Shown in pieces: positions 51,142 through 61,676 of a DNA stretch of 64,000 bases. Location of the stretch: assembly GCA_965227295.1 (NCBI GenBank), contig OZ245742.1:5792001-5856000 (forward strand). Direction: 5' to 3'. The position numbers and the translations under genes are program-made. The DNA is from Leptonemataceae bacterium (GTDB taxonomy: Bacteria; Spirochaetota; Leptospiria; Leptospirales; Leptonemataceae). Each line of letters begins with the position of its first letter. Position 1 is the stretch's first letter. The notes below the pieces were generated by a model that was given only the letters and a program-made list of their open reading frames with translations, had not been told where the DNA came from and did no database searches.

Positions 51142-53055
51142 TCACATCTGCATCGCCGCGCGGGCCGCGACGGCCATCAACTTGTCGTGAAAGACCTGGG
51201 CCGCGCGGTCCGTCGGGTTTTCGGCGACGACCTTTTCGAGGACCGAAGCCGCGCCCGCGTAGTCCTTTTGTTTCGTTAAGCGAATGGCCTCTTCGAAAGA
51301 GGCGCGCGTGCGGACCTTGCCTTCGCGCTCCATCGCCGGCAATCCGTCCAGGATCTCGTGAATCGGCACGCGAGTGGTGCGACCCTTCACACGAATCTCG
51401 CCCATGTAACGCGACTCGAAGACTTCCTGCCCCTGGCGCGCGGCCTCAAGCACGCTTTCACTCACGATCATGGTAACGCCGAAGTGTTTCGTCAACGACT
51501 CGAGACGCGCGGCGACGTTCACGGCATCCGAGATTACGGTGCCGTCCATGCGCTCGTCCTCGCCCACGGTGCCTAACATCAACTTACCGAGATGTAAGCC
51601 GATGCCGAAACGTACCGGCCCAAGACCGGCGGCAGACCGGTCGGCGTTAAACAACGCCAGCTCCATCATCATCTGCACGCCGGCCAGAAGGCCGTCGCGC
51701 GCTTCGCCGGGAAAGAGCGCCATCACCGCGTCGCCGATGTACTTGTCGATGAAACCGCGATTCTCGCGAATGATAGGCGAGAGTCGCTTGAGGTACTCGT
51801 TCAGAAACTCAAAGTTCTCTTCCGGCGACATCTCCTCGGACATGGCCGTAAAGCTGCGGATATCGCAGAACATCACGGTCATTTCTTTGAGTACCTGATC
51901 TCCCAGGTTCACGGTGCGCACGCTGTCGTGGCCCATATTCCGCAAAAACTCCCGCGGCACAAAACGTTCGATGGCGGTGTTCATGGCCGCCAGTTCTTCG
52001 GAGCGTTCGCGCAGTTGCTCCAGGGTGCTGTTCAGTTCTTCGCGGCCGGCTTTGAGGTCGCTCACCATCTCGTTGAAGGCCCGGCCCAGGCGTCCGATCT
52101 CGTCGCCGGAGCGCACCTGTACCTGCGTGTCAAAATTCCCTTCGCCCAGTGCCTCGACGCCCTTCGTTAACTCCAGAATACCGAAACTTAACATGCGCGC
52201 GAACACGAATGACAATACGAAAGCGAACACGAGCCCCGCAATGATCAAGCCCACGGAAACGTTCCAGTAATAGTTCAAAAGATTCGCCTCACCGCGAATG
52301 TCGTAGTCGAGACCGAGGATCGCCAGGATGTTGCCGTCGGCGTCTTTGATCGGTACGGCCGCGGAGTACCAGGTGCCCCACGCGTCGGTGTACCACTCCC
52401 GCGAGGCCGCCGCCTGCCCGCTCTTGTAGGCGGCAATGAACTCCGGCGCGCTGACCCAGACAGTGCCGGCGGGATTACCGCTTTCGTCATCCTGGATGAT
52501 GCCGTCACCGTTCTCGTCGAACTCTTCGTAGTCGGTGTCGGCGATGAACATGGAGTGCGTCATATCCGGCGACTCCGGAATCGGCGCGACCAGGTAAACA
52601 AAACGCACCAGTGGCGGATCGTTCGGATCTTCCAGTTGTTGCGGCAACTTCTCTCGCAGCGCGATCACCGAACGGCGACTGCCTTCTTTAATACGCCGCA
52701 TGATCTGCACCAGACGCTGGAAGTTCGGTCCGTTCATGATGCGCGCCCGCGCCGGCTTCGGTACGTTCTGGATAACATCGTCTTCCGGCAGGGCCGCGAG
52801 TTCCGCCGCGGGGATCACCGGCCGCGCGGCGATGATGTTTTTGCGCAACGCGACAATGGCCTTGCGATCTCGATCCTCGAACAGATAGGCGCCGGTCCGT
52901 CCGAGTTCGGTAAGACGCTCGCCCATTTGCCGCAGCGTGGTGTTGTAGATGTTGTAGTAGTAGAAGAGTCCGCTCGCGCCGCTCAACGCCAGGGACAAAC
53001 CAAAGAGCGCCCCGGCAATCTTAGCTGTAAACGAAAGATTCTTAAAAGGTCCCAC
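51142..53055 (-). CDS. membrane adenylate/guanylate cyclase (sensor domain, HAMP, class III cyclase)
   Basis: Two TM segments, DEIGRLGRAFN HAMP, FCDIRSFT, DKYIGDAVMA, TVISDAVNVAARLE. Confidence 0.93.
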   Translation of the reverse strand: MGPFKNLSFTAKIAGALFGLSLALSGASGLFYYYNIYNTTLRQMGERLTELGRTGAYLFEDRDRKAIVALRKNIIAARPVIPAAELAALPEDDVIQNVPKPARARIMNGPNFQRLVQIMRRIKEGSRRSVIALREKLPQQLEDPNDPPLVRFVYLVAPIPESPDMTHSMFIADTDYEEFDENGDGIIQDDESGNPAGTVWVSAPEFIAAYKSGQAAASREWYTDAWGTWYSAAVPIKDADGNILAILGLDYDIRGEANLLNYYWNVSVGLIIAGLVFAFVLSFVFARMLSFGILELTKGVEALGEGNFDTQVQVRSGDEIGRLGRAFNEMVSDLKAGREELNSTLEQLRERSEELAAMNTAIERFVPREFLRNMGHDSVRTVNLGDQVLKEMTVMFCDIRSFTAMSEEMSPEENFEFLNEYLKRLSPIIRENRGFIDKYIGDAVMALFPGEARDGLLAGVQMMMELALFNADRSAAGLGPVRFGIGLHLGKLMLGTVGEDERMDGTVISDAVNVAARLESLTKHFGVTMIVSESVLEAARQGQEVFESRYMGEIRVKGRTTRVPIHEILDGLPAMEREGKVRTRASFEEAIRLTKQKDYAGAASVLEKVVAENPTDRAAQVFHDKLMAVAARAAMQM

Positions 53056-53205
53056 GGGCCGCCTCGTTGCATCGAAAGGGCATCACCAGGCGCCCGTGAC
53101 AATCAAAAAAGGAAGAAAAACGAAGCAGCATTTTGAGGGGGCTCCGGGGAAAATCATGCTCCTCGCCGATGCGAGGAGCCGGCGGTTCAGACCGCTCCCT
53201 CGAGC

Positions 53206-53221
53206 CCTCGGTCCTCGGAGT
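53206..53221. repeat. solo arm of family B element
   Basis: CCTCGGTCCTCGGAGT just past the gltB stop. Confidence 0.6.
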
Positions 53222-53232
53222 GAAAACCTTCT

Positions 53233-56200
53233 TCAGTTCGCCCGCGTTGCTTCCATGGTCATCGACTGCGTCTCTTCCATTCTCTGGAGCGCTATTTTGT
53301 AATCGCCCGGAATGATCTTAATAAACCGGCGCACTTCCTCGTTCCAGTTGTCGAGGATCTTGCGCGCGCGCTGCGAACCGGTGTACTCGAAGTGACGCGT
53401 AACCATGTGCAGCACCAGGTCCACGTCCGCCGGATCGGCGAGGTCTTCCAGGTCTACCATCTCCGGATTCACCACGCGCCGCGCGTTGCCGTCCAGGTCC
53501 CAGATATAAGCGATGCCGCCGGACATGCCCGCTGCAAAGTTACGCCCGGTAGAACCTAAGACCACCACGCGACCGCCGGTCATGTACTCGCAGCCGTGGT
53601 CACCCACGCCTTCGACGACGGCATGGGCACCGGAGTTCCGCACCGCGAACCGTTCGCCGGCCACACCCTGGAAGTAAGCCTCCCCGGACGTGGCCCCGTA
53701 GAGACAGGTATTGCCGATGATGATGTTGTCCGCCGGATCAAACGTGCTTTCTTCCGGCACGCGAATGATGAGCCGGCCGCCGGACAGGCCTTTGCCGACA
53801 TAGTCGTTCGCCTGGCCGCTCAGGCGCAGGTCGATGCCCTTTGCCAGAAACGTACCGAAGCTCTGCCCCGCCATGCCGCGCATGTTAATGCGGATCGTTC
53901 CGTCCGGCAGGCCTTCCTCGCCGTAGCGACGCGTCACCTCACCGGAGAGCATGGTGCCCACGGTACGATTCGTGTTGAATACCGGGACGTCCATCTCCAC
54001 GGACTCCCCGCGTTCCAGAGCCGGCTGTGCTTTCTGGATGAGCTCGTTGTCGAGTTGTTTCTCCAGGCCGTGCTCCTGATCGCGCGTGCGATACAACTTC
54101 GTGTCGAAGAGCGGCTCCACGGGGGTCAGGACGCGGCTGAAGTCCAGGCCGCGCGCCTTCCAGTGATCCCGCGGGCGAATCGGTTTGATGTACTCGGTGC
54201 GCCCGATCATATCCGTAAACTTACGGAACCCGAGCCGCGCCATGTACTCCCGCACTTCCCGGGCAATGAACATCATGTAGTTCTCGACATAGTCCGCGTC
54301 GCCCATGTATTTCTTGCGCAGGCGCTCGTCCTGCGTCGCCACACCGACGGGACACGTGTTCAGGTGACACTTGCGCATCATAATGCAACCGAGGGCGATG
54401 AGCGGAATCGTGGAGAATCCGAACTCGTCGGCGCCGAGCAGCGCGCCGACGATGACGTCGCGGCCGGTCATCATCTTGCCGTCCACGCCGATCCAGACGC
54501 GGTCGCGCAGGCCGTTGGCCACTAAGGTCTGATGCGTTTCACTTAAGCCCAGCTCCCAGGGAGTGCCGGCGTGCTGAATACTGGACACCGGCGAAGCACC
54601 GGTGCCGCCGTCGTGGCCGCTAATGAGAATATGATCGCTGTGCGCCTTGGCGACACCCGCGGCCACGGTCCCCACACCGACGCCGGAGACCAGTTTCACG
54701 CTCACGCGCGAGGCCGGGTTGATGTTCTTCAGATCGAAGATCAACTGCTTGATGTCTTCGATGGAATAGATGTCGTGGTGCGGCGGCGGCGAGATGAGCG
54801 TCACCCCCGGCGTGGACAGGCGCACTTTCGCGATGACGTCGTTCACCTTGTGACCGGGCAACTGGCCGCCCTCACCGGGCTTCGCGCCCTGGGCGATCTT
54901 AATTTGAAGATCGTCGGCGTTCACCAGGTAGTTCGCCGTCACACCGAAGCGCCCGCTCGCGATTTGTTTGATGGCCGAGCGCATGCTGTCGCCGTTTTCC
55001 AGCGGCTTGTAGCGAATGGAATCCTCGCCGCCTTCCCCGGTGTTCGACTTGCCGCCGACGCGATTCATGGCGATGGCCAGGTCCGTATGCGCCTCCCAAG
55101 AAATCGAACCGAAGGACATGGCGCCGGTCTGGAAACGTTTTACGATTTCTTCGACGGTCTCGACTTCTTCGATGGGCACGGGATCGCCCGCCGGCTCGAA
55201 GTCGAAGAGCGAGCGCAATGTAATGTGATGTTTGTGCTGATCGTCGACGAGCTGCGCGAATTCTTTGTACGTGTCGTACTCGTTGCGCCGCGTCGCGACC
55301 TGGAGCTTGTGCACGGACATGGGCGTGAGCAGATGATTCTCGCCGTCCTTGCGAAAGTAATGCAGCCCGCCCGGGTCCAGGCGACCGGGATAGTAGGTGG
55401 GATCGTAAGCGTTTCGGTGGCGGCGCAGGGCCTCTTCTTCCACCATCTCCGCGGACATGCCTTCGATACGCGTGTCGGTCCCCGTGAAGTAGGTGTTCAC
55501 GAGTTCGCTGTCGAGGCCCACCGCTTCGAACAACTGACCGCCGCAGTAGGATTGCAGCGTGGAGATGCCCATTTTGCTGAAGATTTTCAGCAGGCCCTTG
55601 CCCACGGCCTTGATGTAGTTCTTGCGCGCCGTGCGCACGTCCTCGACCTCGCTGTCCGGCAGAAATCCTTCTTTCTTTAAGTCGGCGATGGTCTCGAAGG
55701 CCAGGTAGGGGTTGATGGCGTTCGCGCCGTAACCCAGCAACAGGGCGAAGTGCGTCACCTCCCGCGGCTCCCCGGACTCGATGATGAGTCCGGTCCTGGT
55801 CCGCAAACCTGCGCGCACTAAAAAGTTGTGAACGGCAGCTACGGCGAGCAGCGAGGGAATCGGCGCCATGTTGTTCGCCACACCGCGGTCCGAAAGGATG
55901 ATCAGGTTCATGCCCTTGCGTACGGCGTCGGCGGCCTCGTCGCAGACCTGGTCCAGGCGATTGCGCATGCCGTGTTTGATGTCCGGGTCGAACAGGATGT
56001 TGATGGTGCTGGTCTGGAAGTGTCCCTCCGAAAGACCGCGGATTTTCTCCAGGTCTTTGTTCGTAAGAACGGGGTGCTCCAGCTCCAGGCGATGACAGTG
56101 TTCCGGCGTTTCCGCGAGCAGGTTCTGCTCCGGCCCGATGTACGTGGTAAGTTCCATCACCAGCTCTTCCCGGATGGGATCGATGGGCGGGTTCGTCACC

Positions 56201-57825
56201 TGGGCGAAACGTTGTTTGAAGTACCGAAACAACGGCTGCGGTTTTTCGGACAACGCGGCGAGCGCGCTGTCGGTGCCCATGGAACCGACCGGCTCCTGGC
56301 CGTTGATGGACATGGGTCGCATAATCATCTGAATGTCCTCGGTGGTGTATCCGAAGACGCGCTGGCGTTCGATGATCGTTTCGTGCTGCGGTTGGTGGAC
56401 GAAGGCCGGATCCGGCAGTTGGCCGAGATGCAGCAGATTCTTTTCGAGCCACTCGCCGTAGGGCTGTTGGCGGCAGATCTCTCGTTTCACGTCGTCGTCG
56501 GAAATGATGCGCTGTTCTTTGAGGTCGATCAGCAACATACGTCCCGGTTGCAGGCGGCCGTTCACCGCAATGTTCGCCGGGTCCACCTCGATGGTGCCGA
56601 CCTCGGACGCCATAATCACTAAGTTGTCTTTGGTAACAATGTAGCGCGCCGGCCGCAGGCCGTTGCGGTCGAGCGTCGCACCGATGATGTCGCCGTCGGT
56701 GAATGCCACGGCGGCCGGGCCGTCCCAGGGTTCCATCATGGTGGCGTGGTACTCGTAGAACGCACGGATGTCCTCGCCCATGTTCTCGTTCTTCGACCAC
56801 GCCTCGGGGATCATCATCATCATGGCGTGCTGCAACGTGCGCCCGCCGTGAAAGAGCAGTTCCAGCACCGAGTCGAACGTGGCCGAATCGCTCTGCCCTT
56901 CCATAATGATGGGCAGCATGCGCTTGAGGTCTTTGCCGTAGTGCGGCGATTCCATGACCATCTGCCGCGCTTCCATCCAGTTCTTGTTCCCGCGCACGGT
57001 GTTGATCTCGCCGTTGTGCGCCATCATGCGGAAGGGCTGCGCCAGGTCCCAGGTCGGGAACGTGTTCGTGGAGTAGCGCTGGTGGATGAGCGCCAGGGCC
57101 GATTCCATATCGTCGGCACGCAGGTCGTCGTAGAAATCGATGAGCTGCGGCGCGGTCAGCATGCCTTTGTAGATGATCGTCTTACACGAAAACGACGCCA
57201 CGTAGTAGCGACTGCGGTCGAGCTGGTACTCCGCACGAACGCGACGGTCAATGACGCGACGGATTAAGTACAGGCGCTTCTCGAAGTCGTAGGAGTTCGT
57301 AATGTCCCGGGAGGCCCCCACGAAACACTGCCGGAAAAACGGCATGGTCTGCTTCGCGAAGTCGCCCGGCACTCCACCCTGCACGGGCACGTCCCGCCAG
57401 CCGAGGAACTCCTGGCCCTCGTCGACCACGACCTTCTCGATGAGATTCTCGAGGCCCTTGCGGGTGTTCGCGTTTTGCGGCAAATAAAAAAAGCCGACGG
57501 CGTAACGACCGGACTCCGGCAGCGTGATGCCCTCGTCGGACGCAACCCGACGGAAGAACCCGTCGGGGATCTGGATGAGCGCGCCGGAGCCGTCCCCGGT
57601 CTCGGGGTCCGCGCCCACGGCGCCGCGGTGCTCCAGACGGCAGACCGTATCCAGGCCCAGATCGATGATGCGGCGGGATTTCTTGCCGGTGATGTCGACG
57701 ACAAAACCGACGCCGCAAGAGTCCTGGTCCAGCGCCGGGTCGTACATGCCCTGGGCCACGGGCCCAAGCGGGCCCCCGGCCCCGAAAGCCGGGATGATCG
57801 GTGAAAAAGAGCGAGATCCGTCCAT
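53233..57825 (-). CDS. gltB: glutamate synthase large subunit
   Basis: DSCGVGF, HNGEINT, WDGPA, AQGAKPGEGGQLPG, GCIMMRKCHLNTCPVG, GXGXG C-terminal domain. Confidence 0.97.
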   Translation of the reverse strand: MDGSRSFSPIIPAFGAGGPLGPVAQGMYDPALDQDSCGVGFVVDITGKKSRRIIDLGLDTVCRLEHRGAVGADPETGDGSGALIQIPDGFFRRVASDEGITLPESGRYAVGFFYLPQNANTRKGLENLIEKVVVDEGQEFLGWRDVPVQGGVPGDFAKQTMPFFRQCFVGASRDITNSYDFEKRLYLIRRVIDRRVRAEYQLDRSRYYVASFSCKTIIYKGMLTAPQLIDFYDDLRADDMESALALIHQRYSTNTFPTWDLAQPFRMMAHNGEINTVRGNKNWMEARQMVMESPHYGKDLKRMLPIIMEGQSDSATFDSVLELLFHGGRTLQHAMMMMIPEAWSKNENMGEDIRAFYEYHATMMEPWDGPAAVAFTDGDIIGATLDRNGLRPARYIVTKDNLVIMASEVGTIEVDPANIAVNGRLQPGRMLLIDLKEQRIISDDDVKREICRQQPYGEWLEKNLLHLGQLPDPAFVHQPQHETIIERQRVFGYTTEDIQMIMRPMSINGQEPVGSMGTDSALAALSEKPQPLFRYFKQRFAQVTNPPIDPIREELVMELTTYIGPEQNLLAETPEHCHRLELEHPVLTNKDLEKIRGLSEGHFQTSTINILFDPDIKHGMRNRLDQVCDEAADAVRKGMNLIILSDRGVANNMAPIPSLLAVAAVHNFLVRAGLRTRTGLIIESGEPREVTHFALLLGYGANAINPYLAFETIADLKKEGFLPDSEVEDVRTARKNYIKAVGKGLLKIFSKMGISTLQSYCGGQLFEAVGLDSELVNTYFTGTDTRIEGMSAEMVEEEALRRHRNAYDPTYYPGRLDPGGLHYFRKDGENHLLTPMSVHKLQVATRRNEYDTYKEFAQLVDDQHKHHITLRSLFDFEPAGDPVPIEEVETVEEIVKRFQTGAMSFGSISWEAHTDLAIAMNRVGGKSNTGEGGEDSIRYKPLENGDSMRSAIKQIASGRFGVTANYLVNADDLQIKIAQGAKPGEGGQLPGHKVNDVIAKVRLSTPGVTLISPPPHHDIYSIEDIKQLIFDLKNINPASRVSVKLVSGVGVGTVAAGVAKAHSDHILISGHDGGTGASPVSSIQHAGTPWELGLSETHQTLVANGLRDRVWIGVDGKMMTGRDVIVGALLGADEFGFSTIPLIALGCIMMRKCHLNTCPVGVATQDERLRKKYMGDADYVENYMMFIAREVREYMARLGFRKFTDMIGRTEYIKPIRPRDHWKARGLDFSRVLTPVEPLFDTKLYRTRDQEHGLEKQLDNELIQKAQPALERGESVEMDVPVFNTNRTVGTMLSGEVTRRYGEEGLPDGTIRINMRGMAGQSFGTFLAKGIDLRLSGQANDYVGKGLSGGRLIIRVPEESTFDPADNIIIGNTCLYGATSGEAYFQGVAGERFAVRNSGAHAVVEGVGDHGCEYMTGGRVVVLGSTGRNFAAGMSGGIAYIWDLDGNARRVVNPEMVDLEDLADPADVDLVLHMVTRHFEYTGSQRARKILDNWNEEVRRFIKIIPGDYKIALQRMEETQSMTMEATRAN

Positions 57826-58008
57826 GATAGGACCAAAATATTTTTTCAGGCCCTGTACGGCAATAGATATGACGCTCTGTGCGTCACATTAGTATTGAAG
57901 AAAGTCCCTGATTTGTCGCAGGAAACCGCTCCGGCCCCGGGAATTTCCCAGGAAAATTGTTGCCCCCTCTTTCTTCCGGACGATCTAATTTACCACAGGA
58001 GTTCCTAC

Positions 58009-58539
58009 ATGCCACGTCGTCGCCATCTCATCCGCATCATGTTCCGCGGCACCCTGGCCGCAGCCCTGTTGTTCGGCCTGGCCCTGCCCGGCTTCGCTCA
58101 GAACTTCAAGGAGAACGGCGTCAAAGTCAACATCGTCCGCGGAGAATCCGGGGCGCCCGGCTTTTCGGTATTCGAAGTCCAGGCCGTCAACGAAAGCATG
58201 GAAGTGCGCACCCTCTACGCCATCATCGAGCTGTCCTGGAAAGACGAACAGAAACCCGACGGACCGCCCCGGGCCACGTCCAACTGCATCGCCTACCTCG
58301 AAATTCCAGCCAAACACGAACTCAAAGAATCCGTACCGTGCCGGGGGGATAAGTTCAGCAGCTTTAACGTTAAGATTCAGGGCTCTTACGACTTCGTACT
58401 GCCGAAGACCCCGCTGACCTGGCAGGAAGGCAAACCCCTGCCTGGTTTCGAAAAGAAAGCCGAAGAGCAAAAACAGCCCGCGGAATCAAAGGACACCGAG
58501 GCCGAGAGCACTTCCGGTGAGAAAAGCGAAAATCCCTAA
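58009..58539 (+). CDS. hypothetical exported protein
   Basis: CAGGAG RBS; signal peptide ending LPGFA; acidic tail. Confidence 0.75.
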   Translation: MPRRRHLIRIMFRGTLAAALLFGLALPGFAQNFKENGVKVNIVRGESGAPGFSVFEVQAVNESMEVRTLYAIIELSWKDEQKPDGPPRATSNCIAYLEIPAKHELKESVPCRGDKFSSFNVKIQGSYDFVLPKTPLTWQEGKPLPGFEKKAEEQKQPAESKDTEAESTSGEKSENP

Positions 58540-58621
58540 AAACCGGTAGTCCTCTCACGCATCCCGTGCCGCAACGGGTGACCGGGCTCGTTTTTCCGGA
58601 ACGGTCCGGCCGGGATGCCCT

Positions 58622-59794
58622 ATGACTGAAACCAAACGACAGGAAATCATCCGCAACTGGCGCGGCCTCCTGATTTTTCTACTCATTGCCACGCCCGCGG
58701 GCTACTTCCTCATCGATACGGAGTACATCCCGGAGGACCTGCTCATCTACGCCGGCTACTTTCGCGGCGGGGTCTTCGGCCTGAGCATCATCCTGTCCGT
58801 CGTGCACTACTTCCGCGCCGAGCTGTCCCTGCATTTCTGGAGGATCGGCCTCTACTCCCTCGCGATCGCACACTACCTCTTCTTTACCTGGGAAGATCAC
58901 GTCGCCGTGGATTCGCAGGCGGCGAGTTATTACATGGGATTCATCCTGGTAACCATCGGCGTAATGTTGTTTCGCATTCACACGATGAACTGGGTCCTGC
59001 TCGCCTCGGGCATCGTCATCTACGCCGTGGTGAACTGGAACCGCCCGGTGGTCTCGGACGCCATCGTCGATCTGGCGACGCTGTCGTTTCTCTTTTACAT
59101 GATGGCGAACAACTACAACCGGGTCATGGTTCAGCTGGAGAACACGCTCCGCCAGCAGCGCAGCATCGTCGGCCGCATCAACCATGACTGGAAGATGGCG
59201 CTGCAATCCATCTCCCACGCGGCCCGGCGCCTCGGCAAAAACAGCACGGGCACGGACAAATCCGTGGCGGACATGATTGAACTGCAAACGCAGTTCATGT
59301 ACAACCAGGCCTGCGAACTCGTCGAAGACGGCTCGGAGAACGGGAAGCGCATGTCTACGAAGGGCCGCGCCAGACTGCGCGAAGTCTACGATCTCGCCTC
59401 CCGCACGGCAGAGTTCGTTCGCGAAGACGGCCGCGTGGACGGGCCGCGGCCGCCCGATATCACCGTGGCGGTCTCTGATCAGGCGTTGTTTCGCATTTTT
59501 CTGAACCTGTTCGTGAACGGTATTTCGTACTCCACCGACCAGCGGATCAAAATTCACTGGGAAAACGACGAGGATACCGTCACCTTCTTCATCAGCAATT
59601 CCACCCGGCGCCCGATCTCCGAAGAAGAACTGTTCGTAAAGTATGCGAGCCAGGAACCCGGCGGCACGGGACTCGGCCTGTGGAACACCCGGCTCCTGAT
59701 CCTGGACGCCGGCGGCGACATTCAAAGCACCACCACCGGCACGGACATTATGTTCGAACTTACGCTGCCGCTATTTTCGGAGCAAGCAACCTGA
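58622..59794 (+). CDS. membrane sensor histidine kinase (atypical boxes)
   Basis: Multi-TM N-terminus; H-box INHDWK, N-box NLFVNG, G2 GTGLGL. Confidence 0.8.
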   Translation: MTETKRQEIIRNWRGLLIFLLIATPAGYFLIDTEYIPEDLLIYAGYFRGGVFGLSIILSVVHYFRAELSLHFWRIGLYSLAIAHYLFFTWEDHVAVDSQAASYYMGFILVTIGVMLFRIHTMNWVLLASGIVIYAVVNWNRPVVSDAIVDLATLSFLFYMMANNYNRVMVQLENTLRQQRSIVGRINHDWKMALQSISHAARRLGKNSTGTDKSVADMIELQTQFMYNQACELVEDGSENGKRMSTKGRARLREVYDLASRTAEFVREDGRVDGPRPPDITVAVSDQALFRIFLNLFVNGISYSTDQRIKIHWENDEDTVTFFISNSTRRPISEEELFVKYASQEPGGTGLGLWNTRLLILDAGGDIQSTTTGTDIMFELTLPLFSEQAT

Positions 59795-60443
59795 GATACG
59801 CCGGACTGGTGATTACCGGACTCAGGTCGATCACCACCGCGCGATTCTTGCCCCAGTATTCTCCGTAACCGGTGATGGGTTCGCAGCGAAACCCGGCGGT
59901 TTCATACATGCGTTCGACGCCGGGATTCGTCTCGGCGATGCCGTAGCGCACCCCGCAGTGCTCCACGACGGCGAAGGTGGTAATCATCAGGAGGTGAGAG
60001 ATCATATCCCGCACAAACTCGATTCCGCAAGATCTTAGCATTCGAATATCAAGGGTGAATTGATCGGAATGAACAAAGCTCTCGGGCTCCACGCCGCGCT
60101 CCATCGCGAGTTCAGGGACGGAATAACCGAATACCGATTCGCCCGGAAACTCAAGTCCGCTGTCGTACTTAATGACCCGGAAAGTAGCCGCCACATCCCC
60201 CTCACTCGACTCCACCGTAAAGAATAGCCCGTTCCAGGCCAGGGCCAATTCTTCATTTAACTCGCTTAGATATGCTTCTTCGGTGAAAGCCTCGGGTGCG
60301 CGCCGTCCGTACTCGCGTTTGAATCTTTCAAAAACCAAACGTGTAAACTCCGGAACTCTACGCAATCCGATTCGCTTAATGACAAATCCGTGCTCTAACG
60401 TCCGAACCAATTGATCTTCGTTGCCTGCTGGTAGTGTAAACAT
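59760..60443 (-). CDS. putative GNAT-fold acyltransferase, FeeM/LuxI-like
   Basis: AAGGAGG RBS; VAATFRVI, LEFPGESVF, GIAETNP...RMY...GF, EYWG resemble N-acyl amino acid synthase patterns. Confidence 0.5.
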   Translation of the reverse strand: MFTLPAGNEDQLVRTLEHGFVIKRIGLRRVPEFTRLVFERFKREYGRRAPEAFTEEAYLSELNEELALAWNGLFFTVESSEGDVAATFRVIKYDSGLEFPGESVFGYSVPELAMERGVEPESFVHSDQFTLDIRMLRSCGIEFVRDMISHLLMITTFAVVEHCGVRYGIAETNPGVERMYETAGFRCEPITGYGEYWGKNRAVVIDLSPVITSPAYLRLLAPKIAAA

Positions 60444-60633
60444 CCCTTTCCTCCTTTCTTTCAGGAACAAACAAAGGATGACCTGAAAAGCGCAGAAAGG
60501 GAATTGATTTTTTCAACATGTTAATCGGATGACGAAAAATGCGAAAAACGGACCGATTCGGTGAGTTCTAACTAATTTTCAACGAAAAAGCTCCCTCCAC
60601 AGGAATCGTTTTCGTATCTCAAAATATAATCGT

Positions 60634-61626
60634 TTACAAACCGGCGCGCACGAGGTCGTGCAGGCGCAAAAGACCGACGGGGCGGCCTTCTTCGTCGAGG
60701 ACGGGCATAACGGCAATCTGGCTGGGTCGGTTTTCCATTAACTGTAGAGCTTCGAAGGCTTTGGTCCCTTTGCGAACGGAGATGGGATCACGAGTCATGA
60801 TATCCGTAATTCTACAGTCGTGAATGTTCTTGTACTTCAACAGCGCACGCCGAATGTCGCCGTCGGTTACGATGCCCGTAAGTTTACCCGCGGCGTTGGT
60901 AATCATGACACCGCCCAGGTTCGGCCGGCTTTCTTCTTCGAGGAGCTGCATCATGGAAGCGTCTTCGCTTATGACGGGTATGCCTTTGGTATTATCCAGA
61001 ACGTCCTCGACGTCCAGAATCAACCGGCGGCCCAGCTGACCGGCGGGATGAAACATGGCGAAGTTTTCCGGCTGGAAGTTTCGCAATTCGGCCAGGGCCG
61101 CGGCCAGGGCGTCGCCGACGACGAGCGCGACGGTAGTGGAAGCCGTCGGCGCCAGATTCAGGGAATCCGCCTCCCGGCTGACGGTGGCGCGGATAATGAC
61201 ATCCGACATGCGACCGGCGGTGGAATCCGGATTGCCCAGGATCGAGATCACGGGATTGCCCATCTTGCGCACGACCTGCAACATGGCGATGACCTCGTCG
61301 GACTCGCCGCTCTTGGCGAGCACGATCATGATGTCTTCTTTCTGAAGCACGCCGAGATCGCCGTGCAGGGATTCGCCGGGATGGAGGAAAAAGGCGGGGG
61401 TTCCGGTGGACGAAAAGGTGGCCGCGAGCTTGTGCGCGATGAGGCCGGACTTGCCGATGCCGGTGAGGACGAGTTTGCCCTTGCAGTTCAGAATCAGGTC
61501 AACGGCACGCTGGACGTTCCCGGCGACGATGTGCGCCAGGTTCCCCTGCAACTCTTCGATCTGCATGCGATAGCTCTTCAGGAAGAGCTCATACGCCTCG
61601 CCGGCCTCTCGCGAATCGTTCCCCAT
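60634..61626 (-). CDS. kdsD: arabinose-5-phosphate isomerase (KpsF/GutQ; SIS + CBS)
   Basis: TGIGKSG, STGTPAFFLHPGESLHGDLG, APTAST, FHPAGQLG, CBS pair. Confidence 0.93.
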   Translation of the reverse strand: MGNDSREAGEAYELFLKSYRMQIEELQGNLAHIVAGNVQRAVDLILNCKGKLVLTGIGKSGLIAHKLAATFSSTGTPAFFLHPGESLHGDLGVLQKEDIMIVLAKSGESDEVIAMLQVVRKMGNPVISILGNPDSTAGRMSDVIIRATVSREADSLNLAPTASTTVALVVGDALAAALAELRNFQPENFAMFHPAGQLGRRLILDVEDVLDNTKGIPVISEDASMMQLLEEESRPNLGGVMITNAAGKLTGIVTDGDIRRALLKYKNIHDCRITDIMTRDPISVRKGTKAFEALQLMENRPSQIAVMPVLDEEGRPVGLLRLHDLVRAGL

Positions 61627-61676
61627 GCCGAGGGGAGATCGATGCGCGCCAGGGCCGCCGTGTCAATCTTATAATC

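Noticed and set aside
54899..56800. 633-aa alternative-frame ORF within gltB, and long antisense ORFs such as 9871-11310
   Set aside because: Expected artefacts of high GC3 codon bias; no recognisable motifs.
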